Part shown: positions 37,100 to 47,654 of the stretch, piece by piece | How positions within the stretch are numbered: position 1 is the stretch's first letter | Layout of the letters: every line of letters begins with the position of its first letter | Made by a program: the position numbers and the translations under genes | The notes under the pieces: model-generated | The model's input: the letters and a program-made list of their open reading frames with translations, nothing else | Told to the model about the DNA's origin: nothing | The model's database searches: none | Source: an uncultured virus (IMG/VR IMGVR_UViG_3300020195_000012) | Taxonomy: Duplodnaviria > Heunggongvirae > Uroviricota > Caudoviricetes | Length of the DNA: 64,000 nt | Reading direction: 5' to 3' (one strand) | IMG/VR virus record: IMGVR_UViG_3300020195_000012

Positions 37100-40002
37100 T
37101 CCCTGTATTCGATGTTGTACCAAATTTGTTCTTGTTGGATCATTGCATCCAATTGTTCGCCTTGATTATTAAGCATTGATGCTCTCAAAAACATCGGCAT
37201 TACTGTTTCTGTTATAATCTCAACAGACTCATTCCCTCTACGATCCAAACGATCAAACTCAAGACCACCAAAAGGATTATCAATACTCTGAGTCATTATC
37301 GGTGAAGTCTTAATAAACTGAACTATTGAATAATTAACAGGCGTTCCAATCAATCCCCAAGATAACACAGTGCCACTCAAAATCATGTCACTGCCACTAA
37401 TACTGCTGATTTGATAATAGTTACTTCCAATCAATATCAAATAATTGTCCAAAAACTGATTGGTTTCCGCCACATTGCTAATCACAGGAACCACACCTGT
37501 CAGTTTCATACCTTTTATCTCAAGATAACCAGTCGCAAGCTCAACAAGACGATGATAAACTTTAACCGACGCACCGCCAACATTTCCACCAGTGTACCCA
37601 TCAATCCAAATAAACTCGTCTACGCCACGCGCCTGATACTGAGTTCCACTGTACTCAACATAATCACCAGACCTAATCCCATAATCAAACGCATTTACAT
37701 CCATCGTCACTTTACCAACACCCAACGAAGACACACTCCCAGTCGTTCCTGTATACCTCAAATTATTAGATGCAGTTCTTAATTCATAATTCAAACCAGT
37801 AATAGTAGCAGTTGTCGGAAAACTTGCCAATGTTAACGTATTGTTAGGATTTATGCTATTCACATTATATGTTCCAGCATATGGACCACTCGTCACAACT
37901 ACCTTGTAATTTTCTACTGTTCCAAAATCAATAAACTCAATATTAACATCGCTAAATGTATACTCATAACTTTGGTCTATATCCACAGTGCCATTAAACA
38001 TTTCATTCGATAAACGAAATGGAAATCCACTCGGATCAATCGACCAATTGATTGTATCTGGTTGCCCTTGTATAATATCTACCGTAAACTTATTCGCCGT
38101 ACCAACTTTATACTCACCCATGTCTGTTCCAGACAAAATCTCTAAATAAGTATCACTATCTGTGTCAACACCCAAAGTTCCAAACTGAATGCCTGGACTA
38201 AATAACGAAACAGCCAAATTAACACCTGTTCCAGAATGTGCCGTCAATGTAGTAGATGCCAACATATTACGTTTCAACTCTAGAACATTACTACTTCCCT
38301 CTTCAATCAATCGATTGAAATTCATCTGCGTTGCAACAACATTGTCATTCTGGATTATTGTACACAAATACTCAATATCTTCCGCAGGAGATAACATAAA
38401 CTCATTTACACTTCCAGTGTAATTAACACTGTGAATAACAGCATGAAATGGCACAAATTCCTTGATTATATCATTAGTCTCGTCAATTCTATCATTTGAA
38501 AGATTTTCTATCTCTACATCAATTGTAAACTTGCTTCCCTGACAAGAAGAACACTTGTCCATAAAATCCTTGTCCAAATCACACGGATCAAGCGAATCTC
38601 TAGATGATCCGTTATATTCATCCATATTATAGATGTTTTCACTGTACGGGAACTCAGTTCTGATTTTCCCGTATGAAATAGGATACTGAAATGGATGACG
38701 CGAAGGTATGATCATGTCAAACAACGGATCATCTTCGCCAATCACACGAACATTCCAGTTCTTGTGCGGTGCAGTCACCAACAAAACATCACGAAGATCA
38801 GCCAGAGGAAGACTACGAATATAATCTTCTATTGTCTGATTAGTGACCGGATTGATCTTGTAAACAACCCTAATAACATCACCAGCAAACAACTCAATCG
38901 CTCCAGACGAAAGCATATCACCAATCCAAGTAACCGTAGTCTTTCCACCCGAATTCGCCAAACTGACATACGCATCCGTCAAAAGTGTATAATCAGAGTC
39001 GCCTGACTCACGGTAATACAACTCAAAATTCAAAACATCAACAGGAAGAATCGCCAACTTGGACAAGACAAACTCTATAATCCCTCCATCAACCTGCTCT
39101 TGCGTTACAACAAATCCATCTTGCCATGTAAACGGAGAAACTACTTGCCACAATCTCGTCAACTTGTTAAACTTTACATCCGAATTAGCTAACGCCTCCT
39201 TCAAACCATCAAGCGTGCCCTTCTTCTTATACAATGGAATCGCACGCTTGATTTGCTTTCGCCAAAGCGCAGTATCTTTATCCTTCAAATCAAGATCAAA
39301 ATAATTACCAAGATAAGGCAACAAATAATCATTAACTGAATTCGCATCAATTAAATCAACAATTTGATTGACCTGATCTTCAATCGACGTAAAACCTTTG
39401 GCAATCGCTTTGTTTAATTTGTCTAATACACTTGGAGTCAAATCGCCATCAGCCAACATCATCTTAAACATTTCAGGCAAATACCGCTCTAACAAAACTT
39501 CATACTTCTCAGGAACAGTAAAATGACTTGGAATACTCGTTGTATTCCTTGAATTGGCAGATAGATAAAACCCCAAATTCTGTATCAAATGATCCGCAGC
39601 AGGTATTGGAGTCCATTCATAACATAATACGTAATCGCCTTCCTTCATCAACTCCTGATTCCATTCAAGACGATACACTCCAGTTAACGGAATGCCAAAC
39701 TCATCATAATCTACCTTCGTCAAAAACGCATTATCTAAGTCCGTACCAATCCACGCCGGAAAATCCGACGTACCAAATATTGCCACAGGAATTGCTTCCT
39801 TGAAATATTCCGTGTAAATCTCATTCGAAACAGTCTTGGTATATTGATTTACATTTTCTGCCGTTGCGCCACGTTCAATAAAATAAATCGTAACTTTATT
39901 AACAGAATAAACATCAATAACAAATCCATCTATGTCTGTGGTAATTAAATCAAATACCACCACATCAGCCAAAGTCGGATTTTCGTTGTAATTTACTTTC
40001 AC
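37096..40002 (-). CDS. Baseplate wedge protein (P2 gpI / T4 gp7-like)
   Basis: LIDANSVNDYLLPYLG..WRKQIKRAIPLYKKKGTLDGL; EFVPFH. Confidence 0.8.
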   Translation of the reverse strand: MKVNYNENPTLADVVVFDLITTDIDGFVIDVYSVNKVTIYFIERGATAENVNQYTKTVSNEIYTEYFKEAIPVAIFGTSDFPAWIGTDLDNAFLTKVDYDEFGIPLTGVYRLEWNQELMKEGDYVLCYEWTPIPAADHLIQNLGFYLSANSRNTTSIPSHFTVPEKYEVLLERYLPEMFKMMLADGDLTPSVLDKLNKAIAKGFTSIEDQVNQIVDLIDANSVNDYLLPYLGNYFDLDLKDKDTALWRKQIKRAIPLYKKKGTLDGLKEALANSDVKFNKLTRLWQVVSPFTWQDGFVVTQEQVDGGIIEFVLSKLAILPVDVLNFELYYRESGDSDYTLLTDAYVSLANSGGKTTVTWIGDMLSSGAIELFAGDVIRVVYKINPVTNQTIEDYIRSLPLADLRDVLLVTAPHKNWNVRVIGEDDPLFDMIIPSRHPFQYPISYGKIRTEFPYSENIYNMDEYNGSSRDSLDPCDLDKDFMDKCSSCQGSKFTIDVEIENLSNDRIDETNDIIKEFVPFHAVIHSVNYTGSVNEFMLSPAEDIEYLCTIIQNDNVVATQMNFNRLIEEGSSNVLELKRNMLASTTLTAHSGTGVNLAVSLFSPGIQFGTLGVDTDSDTYLEILSGTDMGEYKVGTANKFTVDIIQGQPDTINWSIDPSGFPFRLSNEMFNGTVDIDQSYEYTFSDVNIEFIDFGTVENYKVVVTSGPYAGTYNVNSINPNNTLTLASFPTTATITGLNYELRTASNNLRYTGTTGSVSSLGVGKVTMDVNAFDYGIRSGDYVEYSGTQYQARGVDEFIWIDGYTGGNVGGASVKVYHRLVELATGYLEIKGMKLTGVVPVISNVAETNQFLDNYLILIGSNYYQISSISGSDMILSGTVLSWGLIGTPVNYSIVQFIKTSPIMTQSIDNPFGGLEFDRLDRRGNESVEIITETVMPMFLRASMLNNQGEQLDAMIQQEQIWYNIEYRE

Positions 40003-41549
40003 TCAAACACCAGATTGATTGCCAAATTGTCCTTACGAACAATCTCAAAATACTTCGCCAATACTGTTGATCCACTATTACCTGGATCAATTGTCGTAAA
40101 CGATACAGACACGTCTCTAATTTCCTTCATGTCCGCAAGAACACGAACCATCTCAACATCCTTCAATGATCTTCCATACTCCCAATACTGCAATGCAAAA
40201 AATCCTTCTATCCTCTGAGAAATCTTTCTAGTCAATTCTTCTTTGAATTTACGATAAAACTTATCAACAGAAATGTCTATCGTTACATCAGTCAAAATAA
40301 TTACACCATCTTTAATACAAAGAAAATCCGTAATCATCTTCTTCTTATTCATAAAGTCATAAAGTTCAGACTTGAGATTCTCTGACGCTTCTTGTAAAAA
40401 ATCATTACCTTCCCTCGCCAATACATACAAATCTACAATATTACCCGCACACCCGTAATTACGAAGAACTGCCACAGACTTGCCAATTTGCCCATTGTAA
40501 GGCGATACAAACTGATCTGCAAGCGTCTTGTAATCTTCCCCCGTAACTGCCCTGTCTTGCGCTTTATTATATCTTGGTAACTTTATTCTAATGTCTTCAA
40601 TAGTGTCGCCATTATAACCATTATCTGCTCTTGTATAATTTGTGAAACTCACTGGAAGAGCGAAATTGAAACCTGGAACATTAAAACCCATCTGTGCTTG
40701 AACTGCTCCCGTAATCACATTCCCACGAACACCTCCACCAACCCTGTACGTAACAGATATTTCTGACCCGACAGTAGGCGTTCTTCCTGCTTTGCCATTA
40801 CCAAAAATCACAAATCCTGTCCACGTCGAGTCATATTCAAGACGAAATTCATTCCTGCTCTTACTGTCTGTAAAGAAATCAACAAGATTCCATCTCTGAC
40901 CATCTACAGAAACCCGAACACTATCAAATATCACTGGAGTAGAATTCAACGTAACAATCTGATTGATCTGCCCGTTCGCCACAAATGAATCAACTCTCGT
41001 CTGACCTTCCAACCCCACGATTGAAGTATTAGTCACTTCGCCAGTAGTTATCAAAATGTTTTGATCAAAAACAGGATTGTCTTCCGCATCCGCCGCAAAC
41101 AATTCAAAAATAAGAGTTTGTGCCGCCGATGGGACTTCAATTGTAAATCCTGATGGAATTATAATATTTGTTGGTGCTGGCGTTTGAATAGTTGCAGAAA
41201 ACAATGCTTTGGCTGCAATCGGTGGCGTTGGTTGAAACCCTACCAGCTTACATAACCGAAAGGCATTTTCTATTTCGGCAACCGTGTCAATGAATAGTTC
41301 ATTGATGATTTGGTCTAGTTTGAATGAGAGTGTGTCGGCAATAAATGCCCAATTCTCAATCAACATGATTGCAAGGTCGCCTTCAACAAAATCTGTGAAA
41401 TCAGTTGTGAATTGCTCTTGAATGAACGTCACTAACCGAGTCTTCATAGAGTGGAAGTCTTGATTGGTATAATTCAAATTAGGTAGATTCGCCAATGAAG
41501 TCAAATCTGCCTGAGAAAGCGGTTCTAATACAAACGTACAATCGTTCAC
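39999..41549 (-). CDS. Baseplate wedge subunit (T4 gp6 / baseplate J-like)
   Basis: NYTNQDF, LSFKLD..NELFIDT, FGNGKAGRTP, YRVGGG..GN, QDRAVTGEDY. Confidence 0.9.
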   Translation of the reverse strand: MNDCTFVLEPLSQADLTSLANLPNLNYTNQDFHSMKTRLVTFIQEQFTTDFTDFVEGDLAIMLIENWAFIADTLSFKLDQIINELFIDTVAEIENAFRLCKLVGFQPTPPIAAKALFSATIQTPAPTNIIIPSGFTIEVPSAAQTLIFELFAADAEDNPVFDQNILITTGEVTNTSIVGLEGQTRVDSFVANGQINQIVTLNSTPVIFDSVRVSVDGQRWNLVDFFTDSKSRNEFRLEYDSTWTGFVIFGNGKAGRTPTVGSEISVTYRVGGGVRGNVITGAVQAQMGFNVPGFNFALPVSFTNYTRADNGYNGDTIEDIRIKLPRYNKAQDRAVTGEDYKTLADQFVSPYNGQIGKSVAVLRNYGCAGNIVDLYVLAREGNDFLQEASENLKSELYDFMNKKKMITDFLCIKDGVIILTDVTIDISVDKFYRKFKEELTRKISQRIEGFFALQYWEYGRSLKDVEMVRVLADMKEIRDVSVSFTTIDPGNSGSTVLAKYFEIVRKDNLAINLVFE

Positions 41550-41971
41550 TGTGCGCCTCCAAGCGGAACTTCTAATTTCAATTCGTGTACTGAGGAAATA
41601 TCTTGTGGGTCTTTAAACATTATCCTTATCATTAATACAGCTCCTGCTTCTGTCTTGTCATCAAAAGCATTCAAACTATTATCATCCGCTTTTGCCAAAA
41701 CCTCAATTTGCTCTATCGAAACACGTGGTTCCCATAACTCTATCGCAGTAATGATCATCGCCCTGGCTCGTTGCCGCAAAGTTGGATCATTTGGCTCAAA
41801 ATATAACTCTCTAAGTGGAGTTCCGAATGAAGGTAGCATTACACGCTCACCCGGATTTGTAAGCAGCAATATCAACATATCACTCTTGATCTGATCAATA
41901 TCACTTTGCGACCCAAAATATCCTCTTGGACTTTTAATGATCGGATATGGCGCACCTACAAACTTAGGCAT
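41546..41971 (-). CDS. Baseplate gp25/GPW-like protein
   Basis: LLLTNPGERVMLPSFG..LYFEP..WEPRV. Confidence 0.93.
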   Translation of the reverse strand: MPKFVGAPYPIIKSPRGYFGSQSDIDQIKSDMLILLLTNPGERVMLPSFGTPLRELYFEPNDPTLRQRARAMIITAIELWEPRVSIEQIEVLAKADDNSLNAFDDKTEAGAVLMIRIMFKDPQDISSVHELKLEVPLGGAQ

Positions 41972-41973
41972 TA

Positions 41974-44244
41974 TTAACTCCCAGCAGATTTTTCCGCACT
42001 GGCAAATACTCTTGTACTACGACTATCCAAACCTGGATATATCCCGTAATGAACATATCCAAACAAAGGACAAACCCACGGGTCTTTTGACGTAATCACA
42101 TTGTAAATACACGGTCCCTTCATTTCATCCGACTCATCACTAGCATTTTCTGCACTTCCAGCAGACGAACCTGGATTCGCTTGTGCATTCGCAATAGCCT
42201 GTTGTTGAGTCAATTCCGACGCTTCTGCTGCTGCGTCAGGGTCACTCGGCAATGGACAATCTCTCCCTGCCAATAAGAATATGTAGGTTTCAGCAAAGTT
42301 TATCATTAATTCGTTATGATTAAAATACGTTTGCTTACAATCAACCATATAATTCTGACTGCAAGCGGTGAACTTATCTGCTGGATGTTCTTCAGAACCA
42401 ACAACTTCAATCGTCTCGTCATACGAAACCTGCATGTAAATTCCACCAGCCCTCAATAACACCAATCCTTTATCTGCTACATTGGCTTGCATCACTAACA
42501 TATGTGGACCAGCATCAACCCCTGTTTGTGGATGCAACAACATTGTAAATTGCTGTTTGGTCTCAGTCTGAATATCTTCGTCTTTCATCAATAATTGCAT
42601 TCCATAACCGGAACGCAACAAACAAAATCCTTCAAACCCTGACTCATCAGCAGGTTTCGGTATGCCACCACCCGTCCTGACAGGACCAGTTTGCTTCAAT
42701 CCCGCATCGTTCATCATAAACAAGTGCGTACTCGTACTTTGCATCGTGAATCCACGCTGCTCTCCAGCTTTTCCTCCATCTGGATCGCACGGTTGAACTG
42801 GCTCTGTGTGGTCATTCATTTCAAAAAGATTACCAGTTGCAGTCCTCATCCCAATGAAATTATCTTTGCCACGAATCTTTGCTGGCTCTTCTATATCACT
42901 CATTTCCAACAAGTGACCAGTAGCAGACTGCATGTACATTCTGCCTTTATAATGATCGCTACATCCAAACCCGAAATCCAAATCCCAACTTGGTACACCA
43001 AACGGCTCTGCAACCGAATCATCCATAATAACTTGATGACCACTAATTGACTGCACTTGAACACCACTCTGAGGCAAATTCAGTCTGTTGCCTTGTGGAG
43101 TCGGCGCACCATAAATTGGTCGCATTTCTTCAATTCGCTTAAAGAATGGATTTTTGCCCATACTCGCAACGCCAGGACCACTAAATAGCACAGAACCATC
43201 TACTCGTGACGGATCAGTGCAAGCATGTGATTGAAGTGGTGGTTCACATTGAGATTTGCCACAAGAAATCTTGACACATCCTGTTGGAAATCCTACCACT
43301 GAATTACGTCCGTCACATGAATAACCAGCTCCTTCATCCGAGCAACAAGGGTATTCTTTAGGAACATCTGAATATTCTTGTGGTTCAAAAATTGGAATTT
43401 CAGTTCCATCTTCTGTTTTTCCAACTCCTGTCTGTCTTCTTTCCAGATGACAATTTGCTCCACCTTGTCCATATCCCCACTCACCAGCGCCATGCATGTG
43501 GTCATCTTTAAAAATCAAGAAGTTGCCGCGACTGGATTGAAGTTCTAGTCTTTTATGACGTTGATTACAGCGATAATCACCATCTACCATCTTCAACGAA
43601 TGTTTGCCATTAGTTTTGAATCCATAAATATTTGGATATGTGATTGCGTTGATTTGATTTTCGTCTGTGTAAAAATCCGTAAGTGAGTCTAAATCTAATC
43701 CGTTGTAACTTTCTGTGTTCCATGGCGGTAAAACTTCTTCATTGTTTTCACCAAAAATATAACCATCTCGTTTGCCTTCCCACAAACAGTCATATTCTTT
43801 AATGGAATATCCCCAAAAATCATGGTGAGACGGCGAACCTGATGCTGACCCTCTAGATCGATACCAAACCGTCCCAAAGTAATATGCAGAATCACGATCA
43901 CCATTGGCAAAAAAGATAACTATTTTTGACCCTGCTGGTGGTGGCCACGTTGAACCACTATCATCCATTCCACCAAACGGAGATACCGGAGATGCCCATG
44001 GCAAACCTAATTGTTGCGTTTCTTCTTTGCCAAGATAAGGTGTGTAAAATCTAACACGTCCTCGTTTTAGAGGATCAATAGTATCTACAACAGTCGCAAT
44101 ATGCATACCAAGCAAGTCTTCGGGTTGAACTTCAATTCTTTGTTGTTGTTTGGAATCTGAAGTGATTGCTTGTTGGAACTGATACTCTTGTTGTCTTTGT
44201 TGCTCCTTGAGTTGTTTTACATCATCAATAAGTTCTTTAATCAT
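41974..44244 (-). CDS. Baseplate central spike (gp5/VgrG OB-fold)
   Basis: VVDTIDPLKRGRVR..PWASP..PPAGSKIVIFFANGD; repeated SxSGH..MxD motifs. Confidence 0.85.
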   Translation of the reverse strand: MIKELIDDVKQLKEQQRQQEYQFQQAITSDSKQQQRIEVQPEDLLGMHIATVVDTIDPLKRGRVRFYTPYLGKEETQQLGLPWASPVSPFGGMDDSGSTWPPPAGSKIVIFFANGDRDSAYYFGTVWYRSRGSASGSPSHHDFWGYSIKEYDCLWEGKRDGYIFGENNEEVLPPWNTESYNGLDLDSLTDFYTDENQINAITYPNIYGFKTNGKHSLKMVDGDYRCNQRHKRLELQSSRGNFLIFKDDHMHGAGEWGYGQGGANCHLERRQTGVGKTEDGTEIPIFEPQEYSDVPKEYPCCSDEGAGYSCDGRNSVVGFPTGCVKISCGKSQCEPPLQSHACTDPSRVDGSVLFSGPGVASMGKNPFFKRIEEMRPIYGAPTPQGNRLNLPQSGVQVQSISGHQVIMDDSVAEPFGVPSWDLDFGFGCSDHYKGRMYMQSATGHLLEMSDIEEPAKIRGKDNFIGMRTATGNLFEMNDHTEPVQPCDPDGGKAGEQRGFTMQSTSTHLFMMNDAGLKQTGPVRTGGGIPKPADESGFEGFCLLRSGYGMQLLMKDEDIQTETKQQFTMLLHPQTGVDAGPHMLVMQANVADKGLVLLRAGGIYMQVSYDETIEVVGSEEHPADKFTACSQNYMVDCKQTYFNHNELMINFAETYIFLLAGRDCPLPSDPDAAAEASELTQQQAIANAQANPGSSAGSAENASDESDEMKGPCIYNVITSKDPWVCPLFGYVHYGIYPGLDSRSTRVFASAEKSAGS

Positions 44245-45800
44245 TATGCTCCACCACCTAATTGTCTACCAATAGGAATATCATATCCTGGTGCCGCTAA
44301 CTTCAACTCCATCGTTGTTGTAAACGAACCATCTCTAATTTCGTGAAATACTTTCATTATCATCCAGTTTTTATTAGACAAATCATTATTTTGAATTATA
44401 TTTGTCCAATCAAAACTACCAGCGTTCAAAGCTGGGGCACGTGCCTTACCAACCCTAGAAGGATTAAAATGAATAATTGTTAGATAATGACCTTGTAATA
44501 ATACAGGATTATCAAACGTTGGATCGCCTTGAATCTTCAATTCAGCCGTAATACCTGGACTTAATGGATTTGCATGAGAATTAATCAAATTATGATCAGA
44601 AGCTATTTTTGCTCCTAAGTTAAACCCAAAAATATTAAGAGTACGGTCATTCCCAGTAAAAGGAACTTGCAAACCTTGTTCTTTAGTCTCTGTATTTCTT
44701 GCAGCGTTATTTCTCAAACAAGGTTCTGGACCTTCTATAGAAAAAGAAGATGGCATTAATGCACCGCCTGCTGTGCCGCCTGTGTTATTATACATCTGAT
44801 CCATGACAAATCTAATCTTCGGAGAAAATGATATTACTGGTGAACACGTACCAGAATTGACCAAATAAGTACCTAAATTAAATCTATCTGATGCTGGCTC
44901 ATTACATTTAATGTTGTTAGCCTCAAGGAAAACAAGTGTTGGCTTGCTTTGAGAGGAATCCCAATACGAAACAAATCCCCTTGTTTTCTTTGAAACATAA
45001 TCATTCAACCAAGTTCTCGCAGCCTGAATTGGATTCCTGCCCTCAGATCGCCAAAGATTTCTTGGACCTAATTTTTGGGAAACGTCGGCAGACTTGCCAT
45101 TTGCGGGATTGAATTCCAAATCCTCAACAGTACATGGACCTTTCACTTGTTTGAAATCCACATTTATATCCCATTGCGCAAACATACCTCTGATGGCAGT
45201 AACAAGATATTGTTGCTCCGCAGCAGTCCCAGCAACAAATTTTGTACGTGTAGTAAACATATCCATCGTCATGTCTGTACATTCTACACTATACTTAAAC
45301 ATTCCTTCAGAAACATTACAAGTAATACTTCTTACTAACATTCGATGTTTACAACTTCGCATCGCTTGTCCTGCTTTTGCTGCATCTACGCAACATTGTT
45401 TAGGAGGAGGAGGCATAAATCCATTTCCTTTACAATCCATTGTCGCCCACCCATACTCAATTTCAACAAATGAATTTGGTTGATAAACATTCCCTCTGCT
45501 GATTTTATCAAAAAATGCTCTAAATTGACCACCTTCCTCATCAACAATCTCAATGGTTGCGCCATTACCATTAGACATTCCAAATTGAAATGATTTAATA
45601 CAAGCCTTGATTGTTTTCGAAGAAATGTTAGAGACACTAATTGTTGGATTTTCTCCAATTGCAATCAAACTATCATTAATAAGAGTGCATTTCACCCATG
45701 GCATGATGCTTTCAGAATTCAATGGTTTACGAATACGTCCAGCGTCTTTTTCCTTATCTGTTCCAACTCCAGCCAAACAATTCCATGGACCAACAGGCAT
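44244..45800 (-). CDS. Putative baseplate hub protein (gp27/gpD-like)
   Basis: Position; IEYGW, AELKIQGDP, WMIMKVFHEI..GSFTTTMEL. Confidence 0.65.
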   Translation of the reverse strand: MPVGPWNCLAGVGTDKEKDAGRIRKPLNSESIMPWVKCTLINDSLIAIGENPTISVSNISSKTIKACIKSFQFGMSNGNGATIEIVDEEGGQFRAFFDKISRGNVYQPNSFVEIEYGWATMDCKGNGFMPPPPKQCCVDAAKAGQAMRSCKHRMLVRSITCNVSEGMFKYSVECTDMTMDMFTTRTKFVAGTAAEQQYLVTAIRGMFAQWDINVDFKQVKGPCTVEDLEFNPANGKSADVSQKLGPRNLWRSEGRNPIQAARTWLNDYVSKKTRGFVSYWDSSQSKPTLVFLEANNIKCNEPASDRFNLGTYLVNSGTCSPVISFSPKIRFVMDQMYNNTGGTAGGALMPSSFSIEGPEPCLRNNAARNTETKEQGLQVPFTGNDRTLNIFGFNLGAKIASDHNLINSHANPLSPGITAELKIQGDPTFDNPVLLQGHYLTIIHFNPSRVGKARAPALNAGSFDWTNIIQNNDLSNKNWMIMKVFHEIRDGSFTTTMELKLAAPGYDIPIGRQLGGGA

Positions 45801-45812
45801 AAATTACTCCTT

Positions 45813-46133
45813 TCACAGAATAGTTGGGATTACAATGTTTGCCCCAGCTTTAAACTCCCAGATGTCCTTCATTCCATTCGCTTCTAATAACTTCCACCAA
45901 TAAGATACAGTCCCATACGCTTTAATAGAAACCAAATCAGGTCTATACTCAGTTCCCTTAGTTACCAAATAAAACTTGTCTTGACTGGAAATCTGATAAT
46001 TAACTCTTTTATAAGTCTCAAATGTAACAAATCTACGATCACCATAATAAATGATTTTCGACTTATTATATCTGCTCGCTCCATCTACAAAATTACTATG
46101 CTGTAAATTAGATTGTTCAATCAAATTAGCCAT
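45813..46133 (-). CDS. Baseplate gp53/LysM-like protein
   Basis: EYRPDLVSIKAYG..YWWKLLEAN..IVIP. Confidence 0.85.
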   Translation of the reverse strand: MANLIEQSNLQHSNFVDGASRYNKSKIIYYGDRRFVTFETYKRVNYQISSQDKFYLVTKGTEYRPDLVSIKAYGTVSYWWKLLEANGMKDIWEFKAGANIVIPTIL

Positions 46134-46684
46134 TACAAATCCCTCATAATATTGTCTTGTCCAGGCAAGTTCTCATTGGCATAAACTACTTCCCACGTCA
46201 AACTCATACTAAACTTGTACGGCAAACATTCTGCTTCTTCTCCCGAATACCATGCAACATCTGGCGGAAAATCTACAGAATAAGTTTTCATTACCACACA
46301 CAGTTCACCATTTTGATCTCCACCCTTTGAAAGCAACTTACCACACTTGATCTTACAAACAGGTGGCGGCAAATAAGGTGAACTCGTTCCACCATCGCGT
46401 GGATAAACTGCACTCTGCAATGTTCTTAATTCTTGTAGTATCCTAGCTGCATCCGGTTTTTTCAATATAATGAAATGAACTTTCATTGTAATTGAACGGT
46501 TTTCACTATGACTAAAAGTTTTGATCGGAAAAGAACGACCGATTATAGGAGTGTCTTGATATTGCGCAGATTTCGAGTCAGTTATATCTGGCAATATATA
46601 CATTTTGATTGGGTCTGAACCTGGAACCGTAATCGTGCAATTCGGTATTGGAAGCAGATCACCTTGACCGTCTGTAGCCTTCAT
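46133..46684 (-). CDS. Tail tube initiator / CIS-tube-like protein
   Basis: IIGRSFPI..RSITM..VYP..PPPVCKIKCG..V..W. Confidence 0.75.
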   Translation of the reverse strand: MKATDGQGDLLPIPNCTITVPGSDPIKMYILPDITDSKSAQYQDTPIIGRSFPIKTFSHSENRSITMKVHFIILKKPDAARILQELRTLQSAVYPRDGGTSSPYLPPPVCKIKCGKLLSKGGDQNGELCVVMKTYSVDFPPDVAWYSGEEAECLPYKFSMSLTWEVVYANENLPGQDNIMRDL

Positions 46685-46691
46685 TTAGTCC

Positions 46692-47168
46692 TTATGGGAT
46701 TGGTGGTGTATTAATTCCGAGCTTATACAGAACGTAACATACGATGACAACCCAAATTCCTTGAACTAATAAATGTCCATAATGTTGAGTTTTTGATCGC
46801 CAACCTTCATTATGTTCCTCTAACTTATTGATTCTTGCAATTAATACGTTGGATTTTTCATCAAGTAATTCCAATGTTTTGTACGTTTCGTCAATGTTAA
46901 CTTTGAATGTCGATGTGCCAATAAGATCAATTCGTTCAATTCTCGTCTGAATTTCTCTTATCTCTTCCTCAAATGCATGCAATCTATTGCCATTCTTCGA
47001 CTCAAGAACTGAAACACGAGCAGTAATGTTACTACAGTCAGAAACAAGCTGATGCAACCTAATGCTCAACTCCTGCTGCGTTAACTGGATCATCTTGACA
47101 CGTTCATCTACCCGTGAACTAATGTCCAAAACCATTTTAATGTCACTAATCAAATCGGTATTAGACAT
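46692..47168 (-). CDS. Coiled-coil protein with C-terminal transmembrane helix
   Basis: Heptad pattern followed by LLVQGIWVVIVCYVLY. Confidence 0.65.
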   Translation of the reverse strand: MSNTDLISDIKMVLDISSRVDERVKMIQLTQQELSIRLHQLVSDCSNITARVSVLESKNGNRLHAFEEEIREIQTRIERIDLIGTSTFKVNIDETYKTLELLDEKSNVLIARINKLEEHNEGWRSKTQHYGHLLVQGIWVVIVCYVLYKLGINTPPIP

Positions 47169-47207
47169 CGAACTCCTTTTACAGTATATATAACTATATA
47201 ATCACAT

Positions 47208-47654
47208 ATGGAACAGTCCACAACAAAAATAGAAGACGAGATGCAGCTACCACAGCTCAACATGAACGTCAACATACCAGAACAAAAAAAAGAAGAAATA
47301 GTAAAATCAGAACAACTTATCGGATACTACAACGAAATTCTCGACGATATTCGCGAGGATCGTAAAGAAATTGATGAAGTTCTCAAAAGCTTCCTAGAGA
47401 TGGTCATGAACGAAGGCGACGCAACTACTTCCAGCAAAGAAGCTCTTGTCAACCTTCTCAAAATGAAAACAGACCAAGCTGATAAGAAAACCCGAATCGT
47501 AGACTTATTAATGAGAGCGTTCCTCAAAGACAAAGATACGTTCCCAAAGTATTTAGGTGCGAAACAAGAAAACTTCTTCAATATATCAGATGGAAGTCGA
47601 AAAGGTCGATTACTAAAAGCCATAGCCGCAGAGGGTCAAGATGCCAGTAAATAA
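47208..47654 (+). CDS. Hypothetical protein
   Basis: 148 aa, helical; CTATATA-N7-ATG upstream. Confidence 0.7.
   Translation: MEQSTTKIEDEMQLPQLNMNVNIPEQKKEEIVKSEQLIGYYNEILDDIREDRKEIDEVLKSFLEMVMNEGDATTSSKEALVNLLKMKTDQADKKTRIVDLLMRAFLKDKDTFPKYLGAKQENFFNISDGSRKGRLLKAIAAEGQDASK

Noticed and set aside
37096..46684. Bacterial eCIS/T6SS/tailocin locus
   Set aside because: Embedded among T4-like replication genes, a gp2-like gene and a tape measure, with no cellular housekeeping context; a phage tail is the simpler reading.
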